A stretch of 64,000 nucleotides of DNA, from NCBI GenBank assembly GCA_964618505.1, contig CAZUBH010000008.1:15257-79256 (forward strand), given 5' to 3'. Shown here one piece after another: positions 1-9,574 of this stretch (position 1 is the first letter of the stretch; each line of letters begins with the position of its first letter). The notes below the pieces were generated by a model. The model saw only the letters and a list, made by a program, of their open reading frames with translations. It made no database searches and was not told the DNA's origin. This stretch comes from an uncultured Thermoplasmatales archaeon. GTDB lineage: Archaea; Thermoplasmatota; E2; DHVEG-1. A program made the position numbers and the translations under genes.

Positions 1-738
1 CAAGAAATTAAAAAAACTCCCTTTTCAACACAAAAAACGGGCAGCTATATCGAAAACATATTAAAAAATGCAATTTCCCACGTTCTTGTTTCAAGTACTT
101 TTGATTTTGATGAATTTGTAAAAAATAGCAAAAAGCCCGCTGTTATAATGTTTGTTGGGGTAAACGGAACCGGAAAAACTTTGTCTATTGCAAAGGTGAC
201 TCGCTATCTAAAAGATAAAGGAGTAACTTGTGTGATGGCTGCTGGGGATACATTTAGGGCTGGGGCAATTGAGCAGTTGACCATTCATGCAAACAATCTT
301 GGAGTAAAAATCGTAAAGCATGGGCCAAATTCAGATCCAGCAGCAGTTGCTTATGATGCAATTGAGCATGCAAAAGCAAAACACAAAGATATTGTCTTAC
401 TTGACACTGCTGGAAGAATGCAAACAAACTCAAATCTTATGGATGAGATGGCAAAGATAAAAAGAGTTGCCAAACCTGATTTAATAATATTTGTAGGTGA
501 TGCATTATCTGGAAATGATGCGGTTGAGCAGGCAAAACGATTCAACGAAGTTGTTGGAATTGATGGGGTCATTCTTACGAAGGTTGACACTGATGCAAAA
601 GGTGGTAGTTCACTTTCCATAGCTTATACAATTGGAAAACCATTATTATTTGTTGGTGTGGGCCAAGAATATGAAGATCAGATACCATTTGATCCTGATT
701 GGATGATTGAAAATTTATTTGGGAAAGAAGAGGCTTAA
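1..738 (+). CDS. ftsY: SRP receptor FtsY, GTPase (NG) domain; 5' end lies outside the window.
   Basis: Frame 1 is open from base 1. SRP-GTPase motifs are present: P-loop [15 protein letters not shown], and TKVD in [10 protein letters not shown]. The ORF ends just after the G domain with no Met-rich M domain, so it is FtsY rather than Ffh. Confidence 0.85.
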   Translation, partial: QEIKKTPFSTQKTGSYIENILKNAISHVLVSSTFDFDEFVKNSKKPAVIMFVGVNGTGKTLSIAKVTRYLKDKGVTCVMAAGDTFRAGAIEQLTIHANNLGVKIVKHGPNSDPAAVAYDAIEHAKAKHKDIVLLDTAGRMQTNSNLMDEMAKIKRVAKPDLIIFVGDALSGNDAVEQAKRFNEVVGIDGVILTKVDTDAKGGSSLSIAYTIGKPLLFVGVGQEYEDQIPFDPDWMIENLFGKEEA

Positions 739-1406
739 AATATTATTTCTGTCCCATCAAATTTTTTCTTTTTTAATGATTTTTCAAGTTGATCAAGTTT
801 TTTCCCATTGACTACATATGTTAAAATCTTTGATTTTTTAATAATGTTTAATGCAGGACCATCAATTGCTGTATTTTTACCAGCCGAATCCCAAACCGTT
901 CCAAATAAATCGATCACATCATCAATTTTTATTTGCTTTATTTGCTTCGCATCTTTAAATTTATTAGGATCTTTATCATAAATACCATCAACATTGGTTG
1001 CTATGACAAATAACTCTGCCCCAACTTTATTTGCTAACTCAGCTCCTACCATATCTGTACTGTGCCCCGGAGTTGTGCCCCCCATAAATACAATTGAATT
1101 TTTAAGATTCTTAGCTTCATCAGTTGTAATAGGGATTTCTTTGTTAGATTCATCGAATAAATTTGTTAAAATTTTTGCATTCACTCTTGTTATATCAATT
1201 CCTATAAGATCTAACACTTTTTCATCAAAGTCAAGCTCTCTGGCCATATTTATGTAACTTCTTGCTACTTTGCCCCCGCCTACAATAACATATAACTTGT
1301 AATTTTCATTAATTTTTTTTAAAAGTTCTTTGAATTTCATTAGATAATTTTTATCTTCAGAAAGAATTACAGAACCGCCAATAGATAAAACAATAGATTT
1401 CATCAA
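735..1406 (-). CDS. pyrH: UMP kinase (uridylate kinase), archaeal type.
   Basis: 223-aa amino-acid-kinase-fold protein with VIVGGG and [12 protein letters not shown] motifs typical of archaeal PyrH. It overlaps the ftsY stop by 4 nt. Confidence 0.8.
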   Translation of the reverse strand: MMKSIVLSIGGSVILSEDKNYLMKFKELLKKINENYKLYVIVGGGKVARSYINMARELDFDEKVLDLIGIDITRVNAKILTNLFDESNKEIPITTDEAKNLKNSIVFMGGTTPGHSTDMVGAELANKVGAELFVIATNVDGIYDKDPNKFKDAKQIKQIKIDDVIDLFGTVWDSAGKNTAIDGPALNIIKKSKILTYVVNGKKLDQLEKSLKKKKFDGTEIIF

Positions 1407-1448
1407 ATATCGTATATCTAATTTATTTAAAATTGTTTTAGTTTAAAA

Positions 1449-1874
1449 TTAAGCGACTTCAGGCCCGGATTGGCTTTTCATAGGATTTGAACCTAATTTG
1501 ACTTGCGGCAAAGGTATTGGTGGAGGCAACCTAAGATTCTTTGCAATTCCAACAGCCTCAGGCACGCAAAAATGCATAACTGTTGTATGAATCTTACTTG
1601 CTATCTCATTTGGCAGCTTATGTGTATCGCTCCATTTATCTGTGATATCTTTGGCATCATTGTTTTCATAGACAAGTACTCCTTCAAGTTTTATAACACC
1701 AACAGCTCCATAACTTGCAGTATATTGAAAATCTATAATTGCATTATTTGCATCTTTATTTTGTACCTGAGTAATTTGACTGTTGTGGTCTATTCTGATT
1801 TGTCTTGGTTTTTCTTCCATTCCAGAATATCTTCTTGCTTCAATGGATTTTAGCCTAACATTTCTAATTTTCAT
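1449..1874 (-). CDS. Hypothetical protein of 141 aa with a proline-rich C-terminus.
   Basis: Clean ORF with a Pro-rich tail (LRLPPPIPLP). No family recognised by eye. Confidence 0.35.
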   Translation of the reverse strand: MKIRNVRLKSIEARRYSGMEEKPRQIRIDHNSQITQVQNKDANNAIIDFQYTASYGAVGVIKLEGVLVYENNDAKDITDKWSDTHKLPNEIASKIHTTVMHFCVPEAVGIAKNLRLPPPIPLPQVKLGSNPMKSQSGPEVA

Positions 1875-1964
1875 GCCGGCTCAATAACAAATAACTTATT
1901 TTTACATGTTTCGTTTACTATTGTAATGATAAGACTCATAGAAAAATAGATAAATAGATAAAAT

Positions 1965-2768
1965 ATGGTACAAAAGATTCATATGAGGTGGAAGTCTAGC
2001 ATTATTGCGATTGGTTTTTTACTAATACTCGCAATCTCAATAAACATATCTGCATCTGACGCAGGTATCGTTGAAAAAACTCGCAATATAAAGATTTTGA
2101 ATTCAGAAAATGATCTACTAGTTGAGGAAAATATCGTTTTAAATAATTCTGGAAATGAAAATGTTACAGAGCTAAGATTTTGGTTTCAACAAAATTCAGA
2201 TGATATAAAAATCATCGAAACAGATTCAGGAGAATATCTCACTCCAATAGTAAATGGTAATTTTAGAGAATGCAATCTAACTGATAGCGGCATACAGATT
2301 AACCCAGACAATTCAGTAAATATCAAAATAACTTATTCACTCCCAAAAATTGAATTTTTTGAAAAGACACTTGTTTATGATTCAAATTCAATTACTTTAA
2401 CTTATGAGGATGATGAAATTTATAAGATACAAAACATAGATGCAGAATCTTCATTTTCAGCACGTCTATATAGGCCTACGGATACGCCTTTAGGAATTGA
2501 ATATATAATAGTAATAATTGTTTTGGTTGTCATGCTCATAGTATTAGGTCTTTTTCTTATTAAAAAACAAAGAAACAAAGATAAAATTAAAACCGTAGAC
2601 ACAAAAGAAACCCTAGAGACAAAAAAGACTCTATTGTTGTCCTTACTAAAAGATATCGAAAAGCAACATAGGGCAAAGAAACTATCAGATGAAACTTATA
2701 CTAAGTTAAAAGGAGAATACAAACAACAAGCTGTTGAGGCGATGAGAAAACTAGAAGATATAAAATAG
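1965..2768 (+). CDS. Membrane protein with an N-terminal signal/TM segment, a central TM segment and a C-terminal coiled-coil.
   Basis: Hydrophobic N-terminus SSIIAIGFLLILAISINI, a TM stretch YIIVIIVLVVMLIVLGLFLI, and a K/E-rich heptad-like tail. There are several N-x-S/T sequons in the extracellular part. Confidence 0.45.
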   Translation: MVQKIHMRWKSSIIAIGFLLILAISINISASDAGIVEKTRNIKILNSENDLLVEENIVLNNSGNENVTELRFWFQQNSDDIKIIETDSGEYLTPIVNGNFRECNLTDSGIQINPDNSVNIKITYSLPKIEFFEKTLVYDSNSITLTYEDDEIYKIQNIDAESSFSARLYRPTDTPLGIEYIIVIIVLVVMLIVLGLFLIKKQRNKDKIKTVDTKETLETKKTLLLSLLKDIEKQHRAKKLSDETYTKLKGEYKQQAVEAMRKLEDIK

Positions 2769-4196
2769 CTAAAAATCAAAAATACTTGGCTGTTTTATCT
2801 CTTGTTTTTCCTGTTTTTCTTCTTTTATTTCCTTCTTTTCGACTTTAATTTCAGTTTGTTTTTCATCTGAAATTTCTGAACATTGCATAATTTCTTTCAT
2901 TTTATGAAATTTTTCTTCACCAAGAAGATACTTAATTTCTAGTTCTGTAAGCTCAATTTTGTTACTAATTTTGCATGCAAACCTTAAATTATTCGAAAAT
3001 AAATGCTTGAAAACAGGTAAAAACTCTCTACTTTTTTTCTCAGAATTGTGACATAAAATACCAATTTTTCTAATTATTGAATCTCTTGTAATTCTAGAGG
3101 ACTTACTATCTTTCATTATTCTTATCCAAGTAGGAGAAAAATAACGTATGTTCCCATAGTTGTGAGATTTTGCAGTTGAAACCCCCCCACTCATTATGTC
3201 ACATGCATAAGACCATAAACCATAATATTGTCGTTTAAAGACTCTGCCAAAAAACAAGTCGGCTTTTGATAATGCATCAAATCCTTTAATCATATCATTT
3301 GTATCTAGATATTCTCTTGGAAGATTTTCATTTAACCATAATAAAAAAGTTTCTGGTGGAACATCTATGTTTTGAATATTGTCTTTTATAATCTTTAAAT
3401 TTCGGCCTTTAAAAACGTCACCAACAGAGTCAAATATTATTTTCTCTCTATCTCTGTAACCTAATACATTAACTGCCTCCGGATCAAGTTGTTTTTTATT
3501 TATACACAATGATTGGAGATCGTTTACTGCTGATCTTACATCCCCTTTACATCTGTCCGCAATTATTTTTAAAGATTTAATATCTGCAAAAATTTCTTCT
3601 TCCTTACATATTCTTTTTAATAAATCTACTATTTGTGAAGAACTAACTTCATAAAATTGTATGACGCTACAAATTTGCTTTAAAGCTATCCCACTTCCTT
3701 TGACAAGGCTATAATAGTCGTTTACAACGAGTATAATTGGTTGACCTGAATGTTTTATTGTGTCAATTATGGCTTTTTTCCCCCCTCTATCGCCAAAATC
3801 TTTTTCATCTTTATTTTTTTCAGTTTTCTCATATAAGTTGTCCGCTTCGTCTAAAATTATAAGCTTTCTGCCACCTCTTTGTTTTGAAAGAAAATTACCA
3901 TTAATGTCGAAAGTTTCGTTTAATGCGCCTGAAGTTGCAATTCTTTTTATTGCAGAAGCATTTCTTGCATCTGATGCGTTTAATTCTATATGTGTCCAAT
4001 TAAAATCATTTGCAAGAGCAATAGCACTACTGGTTTTTCCGATACCTGCTTTTCCAGATAAAATTACTGCTCTTTTGCTAGGTATTTTTCCAGAATTCCA
4101 TTTGTTTGCCCAACTTTTTAATGCATAAATTGCTTTATCATTTGCAACTATCTCATCCAGGCTTTTGGGTCTATATTTCTCGGTCCAATCTTCCAT
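2769..4196 (-). CDS. rfcL: Replication factor C large subunit (clamp-loader AAA+ ATPase).
   Basis: N-terminus WTEKYRPKSLDEIVAN, Walker A GKAGIGKTS, Walker B ILDEAD. The C-terminal K/E-rich tail ends in the PIP-like motif QPSIFDF. Confidence 0.85.
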   Translation of the reverse strand: MEDWTEKYRPKSLDEIVANDKAIYALKSWANKWNSGKIPSKRAVILSGKAGIGKTSSAIALANDFNWTHIELNASDARNASAIKRIATSGALNETFDINGNFLSKQRGGRKLIILDEADNLYEKTEKNKDEKDFGDRGGKKAIIDTIKHSGQPIILVVNDYYSLVKGSGIALKQICSVIQFYEVSSSQIVDLLKRICKEEEIFADIKSLKIIADRCKGDVRSAVNDLQSLCINKKQLDPEAVNVLGYRDREKIIFDSVGDVFKGRNLKIIKDNIQNIDVPPETFLLWLNENLPREYLDTNDMIKGFDALSKADLFFGRVFKRQYYGLWSYACDIMSGGVSTAKSHNYGNIRYFSPTWIRIMKDSKSSRITRDSIIRKIGILCHNSEKKSREFLPVFKHLFSNNLRFACKISNKIELTELEIKYLLGEEKFHKMKEIMQCSEISDEKQTEIKVEKKEIKEEKQEKQEIKQPSIFDF

Positions 4197-4258
4197 TTTT
4201 TATAACATATGTACAGATATATATTAAAACTTGTCTTGACATAAACTTTTTATCAGTT

Positions 4259-4269
4259 TCTTTTATATC
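4259..4269 (+). promoter_or_regulatory. Candidate archaeal TATA box (TTTATATCT) about 15-20 nt upstream of tRNA-Ser.
   Basis: A TTTATATC element sits immediately upstream of the tRNA 5' end. The assignment rests on spacing only. Confidence 0.25.
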
Positions 4270-4280
4270 TGTCTTTTCAT

Positions 4281-4365
4281 GCGGAGATGGCCCAGCCTGG
4301 CCACGGCGAAGGATTGCTAATCCTTTGGTCTTACGACCACGGGAGTTCAAATCTCCCTCTCCGCG
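4281..4365 (+). tRNA. tRNA-Ser (anticodon GCU); CCA is not encoded.
   Basis: Cloverleaf: acceptor stem GCGGAGA/TCTCCGC, anticodon stem AAGGA/TCCTT with loop TTGCTAA. A long variable arm (TGGTCTTACGACCAC) is typical of class II Ser tRNA. T arm GGGAG-TTCAAAT-CTCCC, discriminator G. Confidence 0.85.
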
Positions 4366-4413
4366 TTTTTCGACTATTCGCTATATTTTTTACAAAAGAT
4401 ATATAAACAATAC

Positions 4414-6459
4414 ATGATTATTTTTTTATTAAGGGGGATAAAATTGGATAAATTAAGAAAAAAAGAATTAGGAGCTGTTATTTTAACCATAATAATAATT
4501 ATTCTTTTTGTTGCTGGATGCATAATGCCAACAACTTATATGGTGGAAATGAGAGACGGTATTAAGCTTGCAACCGATGTTTATGTGCCAAAAACACAAA
4601 GCCTGCCACACGGCAGTATCTTGATAAGAACCCCATATAATAAAAATCCACTCGGTTTAATTGGTATGAATTGGGCAAAGAATGGTTGGCCAACAGTCAT
4701 ACAGGACATGAGGGGAAAATATGCATCAGATGGAATTGATACAGTATTTAGAAATGCACATACTGATGGCCCTGATACTTTGGAATGGATTGCAGATCAG
4801 TCTTGGTCAAATGGCAAAGTAGCTACATATGGCGGATCTGCTTTAGGCATAAATCAATACTACATGGCAGGAGCAAACCCTCCAAATCTTGCTTGCCAAT
4901 TCATTCAAGTTGCAACACCTAATTTATACAAACATGTGGCATTTCAAGGAGGACAATTCAGACAATCTATGGTGGAAAGATGGCTCACAAGTCAAGGAAG
5001 CCTTCATGTTTTACCTGAACTTTTTGCCCATGAAAATTATACTTTAGACTACTGGACAAATGTTTCCCTTGAAGATAATTGGGAAGATGTTAATGTGCCA
5101 GCTATACATTTTGGTGGGTGGTTTGACTGCATGCTCCAAGGTACAATAGATGGCTTTATGGGATACCAATATCTAGGCGGAACAGGTGCTCAAGAAAACT
5201 CTAAACTTATTATTGGTCCATGGACACACGGGGGCGGAAGCGGAGAACTAACTTACCCTGAAAATTCCAAAGATACATTTTCAATGGATATGTTTTGGGA
5301 CATGGTAAATCAATTTACAATGAACAGTTCAAATAATTATGATGAATGGCCAACTGTTTCCTATTATGTGCTTGGGGATGTTACAGATCCTGAGGCGCCA
5401 GGAAATGAATGGAGATATGCAGATGTTTGGCCACTTCTAGATTATTCTGAGAAAGAATGGTATTTACATGAAAACGAACAATTAAGTTTGGATAGTCCTG
5501 GGGAATATGATTCCCTAACCTACACATATGACCCATCAAATCCTGTACCAACTGTTGGAGGTCAGAATTTAAATATTGCAGCAGGTCCTTATGATCAAAC
5601 ATCAATTGAAGGAAGAGAAGATGTTTTGATATTTACAAGTGGTGAGTTTGAGGAACCATATGAAGCAACTGGCCCAATTAAGGCAAGACTTTACGTTTCA
5701 TCAAATTGCCCAGATACAGATTTTACAGTAAAATTAACCGATGTTTATCCAGATGGAAGGTCCATGCTAATTGCAGATGGCATTTTAAGAATGAGAAACA
5801 GAAATGGATTTGATCATTGGGAGTTTATGGAGCCAGAAGAAATATATGAAATTGAAGTTGATCTTTGGAGCACATCTTATATATGGAATACTGGACATAA
5901 AATAAGAGTGGCGATTTCTTCTTCTAATTACCCAAGATTTCAAAATAATCCAAACACTGAAGATCCAATGAGACAAAACACAACATATAGTGTCGCAGAA
6001 AATACTTTGTATTTTGATTCTTCATATCCATCTTGTATAATTTTACCTGAGGTTGAACAAGTAAAAACTATAAGAAATCCACCGAATGTGCCGGACATAA
6101 TATCGGCTCCCATAATTGGTAAAGCAGGAAAAGAATATATTTTTGAAGTAAAAACAACCGATCAAGATAATGACAATGTGTATTATTTGTTTGATTGGGG
6201 AGACGGAAAATTTAGTGGATGGGTTGGCCCTTATCATTCAGAAGATGTTGCCGAAATAAGTCATAATTGGGAAAATACTGGTAAATACAAAATCAGAGTT
6301 AAATCAAAATATATAAATGGATATCAGAGCGACTGGTCAGAATACATAACTATTAACCTTCCAGTTAAAAGTGTTAACATCGACAAACTAAAAACAGGTA
6401 ATGAGAAGTTGTTGACATTTTATAAACTTCAAAACCTACCATTTTTTATTGGAAAGTAA
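4414..6459 (+). CDS. CocE/NonD-family (S15 X-Pro dipeptidyl-peptidase-like) alpha/beta hydrolase with a C-terminal PKD-like domain; putative lipoprotein.
   Basis: N-terminal TM plus lipobox FVAGC. The hydrolase region shows (YVPK)...GSILIRTPY, a nucleophile-elbow-like TYGGSALG and a CocE-like beta-sandwich. The C-terminus has DWGDGKFSGW and ENTGKYKIRV, which resemble a PKD domain. Confidence 0.65.
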   Translation: MIIFLLRGIKLDKLRKKELGAVILTIIIIILFVAGCIMPTTYMVEMRDGIKLATDVYVPKTQSLPHGSILIRTPYNKNPLGLIGMNWAKNGWPTVIQDMRGKYASDGIDTVFRNAHTDGPDTLEWIADQSWSNGKVATYGGSALGINQYYMAGANPPNLACQFIQVATPNLYKHVAFQGGQFRQSMVERWLTSQGSLHVLPELFAHENYTLDYWTNVSLEDNWEDVNVPAIHFGGWFDCMLQGTIDGFMGYQYLGGTGAQENSKLIIGPWTHGGGSGELTYPENSKDTFSMDMFWDMVNQFTMNSSNNYDEWPTVSYYVLGDVTDPEAPGNEWRYADVWPLLDYSEKEWYLHENEQLSLDSPGEYDSLTYTYDPSNPVPTVGGQNLNIAAGPYDQTSIEGREDVLIFTSGEFEEPYEATGPIKARLYVSSNCPDTDFTVKLTDVYPDGRSMLIADGILRMRNRNGFDHWEFMEPEEIYEIEVDLWSTSYIWNTGHKIRVAISSSNYPRFQNNPNTEDPMRQNTTYSVAENTLYFDSSYPSCIILPEVEQVKTIRNPPNVPDIISAPIIGKAGKEYIFEVKTTDQDNDNVYYLFDWGDGKFSGWVGPYHSEDVAEISHNWENTGKYKIRVKSKYINGYQSDWSEYITINLPVKSVNIDKLKTGNEKLLTFYKLQNLPFFIGK

Positions 6460-6552
6460 ATAATATATTATATATTAATTTAAAAACATAGAAAAGTTGA
6501 TATATTACTAAACAAATTTAATTTTTAAACTATTGTCGGGGATATCGTATAT

Positions 6553-9246
6553 ATGAATAGCATCAGATTAATCTATAAAAAAACATTTACGTTTTTAATA
6601 GCTGTAATTTTTTTATTCAATATATTAAGTGTTTTATCTGTTTCTTCAGAAGAAAATAGAGATTCACCAGATCTTACTATTGCAGATATGGATATTGGTG
6701 GAGAATTTATAGAAAGAGAGATAATTACTATACATGTTGAGATTGAAAACGAAGGAGAAGAAGATGTTCTACCTGGTGAAATTATTGATATTAAGTTATT
6801 GATTGATGACGATATTGTTGACGAGAACAGTACAGATGGAGGACTTTCTGAAGGGGCTTTTGAGACTTTTGAATTATTTTGGGAGGCCGAAATAGGGTTT
6901 CATGATGTTACTGTAATTGTTGAATGTTCTGAAGACATAAATGAAGACAATAATGAAATTTCTGAAGAAATTGAAATTTTAGAAAGCGATCCATTCATCA
7001 TAGTTGAGGATTATTTCATACCCGACGATATTTCAGTTGGAGATTATATAGAAATCGAAGCCACACTAAAAAATATTGGAAAGAACACGACAAAAAAAAT
7101 TGAATGCATTTTTGATGTTGATGAGGACGGGACCAATATTGTTAAAAACAAATCAGATGGTCTTAATAGAAGTGAAACTTTTGATTTTACTTTTAATTGG
7201 ACGCCAAGCATATTTGATAATAACACAATAGAAATACGTTCAAAATTTGAGGGCGATACACAAAATACAACAGAAGAGATAGTTTTTATTAACCCATATA
7301 GAATTGATTGGTGGAATGATGATTGGCATTATAGAAAAGTCGTTGGTATAAGAAGCAATGAAACTAATTATTCTATGCGATTAAACTTTACAGAATTGTT
7401 AGAAAATTTGAATTTAGATTCTAAAACATTTGAAAATGATACAATTAGAGTAATTGAATACGAAACTGACGGAGATATTGAAGATACAAGCATTGATTAT
7501 AATTTTTCAGAAGATATTGATTTTGACAATGTTACAAATGCATTTGGAACACTTTATTGGAAACTCGACGAAGATATTTCTGAAACTAAAAAATCTTATT
7601 TTGGCATATATTTTGATGTAAAAGAAAACAATAACTCTGAACGAAGCTCAAGAAACGAGGTAAATATTACAGACCAAAACTTTACTGTTATATACAATAG
7701 TTCTTCTGAAGGATGGTGGGTAGAACCAGTAATTGATAATTATATATTGCCACTTAACAAAACTTATTCTGTAAGCGCAGAAACTAAAGCAAAATCCACA
7801 AATGTTACTGCCAAAATATATTATGAAGAGGATTTAGAAGATACAATATATCTTGAATCAAGTAACAAGGTTGACTGGGGTGACACATATAATTTTACAA
7901 AAGAGGGAAATTGGAGTTTTAGAATTCACTCAGAAGACAAAGCAGGCTTTGAAACAGAACCAGAATTTTCTGAAAATATAACAGTTGTATCAATGCCTGA
8001 CTTATCCGTAATTAAGATTTTTGTTCCTTCTGAAAATATTACTGAAGGAACTAGCGCTGAAATATTTGCTTTAATTAATAATACAGGTCTATCTGATGCC
8101 AATGATTATGAAGTAGGCCTTTACTGCTCGCAAGGTGGTAGTTTATGGAGCGAAAATAAGTTAAGATATACAAAAGAAATTGATGCAGACATAAATCAAA
8201 GCTTAAATATATCTCTAAAATGGGACCCTGCACTTTACGGAGACCCTGATGATGGGGGAGAGTGGACGGTAGGTGTTTGGATTTTTACAAATGATACAAA
8301 ATATGACTCTGATGAATCTAACAATAAAAAAACAGCTTCTAATAAACTTAAAATTAAAGAAGGCATAAAAACACCGCCAAATGTTGAGATAGTGGATATC
8401 AATGATCCTCAGGAAAGAGGAAAAACTGTAGAAATAATTGTAGAAGCAACAGATGAATCTGGTATTAATAAGATAAATATTTCAATTAAAAATCCAGAGG
8501 ACGATATGATTGTTGAAGATATGACTCATGCGCAAAATGACCGTTATTCTTATGAGTTTGAAAACACCACCTTGCTTGGAATATATAATATCACAATAAT
8601 TGCAGTAGATGATTCTTTTTATGAAAATGAAACAGAGATAGAAGGTTCATTTGAAATTATAGAGGATTCAACACCTCCAGATGTTGATTATTTAAGTGCT
8701 ATTCCAAGTGTTGCTTTGGTTGGGGATAATGTAAAAATAAAATGTATTGTAAGTGATATTAACGGTGTTAATAAAACAACTACAACAATAACATATCCAG
8801 ATGGCACAGTTGATACATTTGAAATGGAGAACTATACCAATAATACTAAATTTGAATATAGTGATTTTTATCTTACGATAGGTAAATATGAATACTACGT
8901 AACGCCAGTTGATATTTATGGAAATTCTGATGATTCTGAAACAAAAACATTTTGGATAACAGAAAATCTAGATGATACTGATAACGATGGAATGCCTGAT
9001 TTGTGGGAGGAACAATACGATTTAGATCCTCTCAATCCTGATGATGCAGACGAAGATTCAGATAACGATGGCGAAACAAATCTTGAAGAATATTTAGATG
9101 AATCGGATCCGCTAAAAAAACCTGATTTTTCAGAAGTTATTTCTCAAAGACTTGAGGAAAATTGGCCTTATTTAATATTTTCAATTGTTGTATTTGTTTT
9201 AATTGTTTTACTTTCAATAATTGGTATAAGGAGGATTAAACAATGA
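6553..9246 (+). CDS. Large acidic cell-surface protein (897 aa) with a signal peptide, many N-glycosylation sequons, Tsp3-like DxDxDG calcium-binding repeats, and a C-terminal TM anchor.
   Basis: Hydrophobic N-terminus. The composition is very D/E rich with dozens of N-x-S/T sites. Near the C-terminus are DTDNDGMPD and DSDNDGETNLEEY repeats. A C-terminal TM segment (YLIFSIVVFVLIVLLSIIGI) is followed by the basic tail RRIKQ. Confidence 0.5.
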   Translation: MNSIRLIYKKTFTFLIAVIFLFNILSVLSVSSEENRDSPDLTIADMDIGGEFIEREIITIHVEIENEGEEDVLPGEIIDIKLLIDDDIVDENSTDGGLSEGAFETFELFWEAEIGFHDVTVIVECSEDINEDNNEISEEIEILESDPFIIVEDYFIPDDISVGDYIEIEATLKNIGKNTTKKIECIFDVDEDGTNIVKNKSDGLNRSETFDFTFNWTPSIFDNNTIEIRSKFEGDTQNTTEEIVFINPYRIDWWNDDWHYRKVVGIRSNETNYSMRLNFTELLENLNLDSKTFENDTIRVIEYETDGDIEDTSIDYNFSEDIDFDNVTNAFGTLYWKLDEDISETKKSYFGIYFDVKENNNSERSSRNEVNITDQNFTVIYNSSSEGWWVEPVIDNYILPLNKTYSVSAETKAKSTNVTAKIYYEEDLEDTIYLESSNKVDWGDTYNFTKEGNWSFRIHSEDKAGFETEPEFSENITVVSMPDLSVIKIFVPSENITEGTSAEIFALINNTGLSDANDYEVGLYCSQGGSLWSENKLRYTKEIDADINQSLNISLKWDPALYGDPDDGGEWTVGVWIFTNDTKYDSDESNNKKTASNKLKIKEGIKTPPNVEIVDINDPQERGKTVEIIVEATDESGINKINISIKNPEDDMIVEDMTHAQNDRYSYEFENTTLLGIYNITIIAVDDSFYENETEIEGSFEIIEDSTPPDVDYLSAIPSVALVGDNVKIKCIVSDINGVNKTTTTITYPDGTVDTFEMENYTNNTKFEYSDFYLTIGKYEYYVTPVDIYGNSDDSETKTFWITENLDDTDNDGMPDLWEEQYDLDPLNPDDADEDSDNDGETNLEEYLDESDPLKKPDFSEVISQRLEENWPYLIFSIVVFVLIVLLSIIGIRRIKQ

Positions 9247-9572
9247 TGCCAGATGCTAAAAAACTGAGCTTTATTGCAATTATCATTCTTGCAATAATAA
9301 CATTTTTATTTTCACTATATGATTTCTTTGGTGATTTTAGCTGGATGCAAAGAATACTTGCTATTTATTCGATCCTTATTATATTTACAATTGTACTTCT
9401 CGTAATTGATACTACAAAAATAAAAGAACAGAAAAAAACTATCCAAATACAACAGGTTCGTCATTTTAAATGTCCAAAATGTAGCACTGTCTTTGCTGTT
9501 ACAAAATCACAACAAGAAGGTCCAATAATAATTACCTGTCCAAATTGTAATGCAAAAGGCAGATGGGCATAA
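9243..9572 (+). CDS. Small membrane protein with two TM segments and a C-terminal CxxC...CxxC zinc ribbon.
   Basis: It overlaps the upstream stop by 4 nt (ATGA). TM helices FIAIIILAIITFLFSL and ILAIYSILIIFTIVLLVI are followed by CPKCS...CPNCN. Confidence 0.45.
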   Translation: MMPDAKKLSFIAIIILAIITFLFSLYDFFGDFSWMQRILAIYSILIIFTIVLLVIDTTKIKEQKKTIQIQQVRHFKCPKCSTVFAVTKSQQEGPIIITCPNCNAKGRWA

Positions 9573-9574
9573 AG

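Noticed and set aside
4106-4417. A 103-aa + strand ORF spanning the tRNA-Ser locus.
   Set aside because: It reads straight through a well-formed tRNA-Ser (4281..4365) and its promoter. It has a low-complexity composition and no start context, so it is a spurious ORF.
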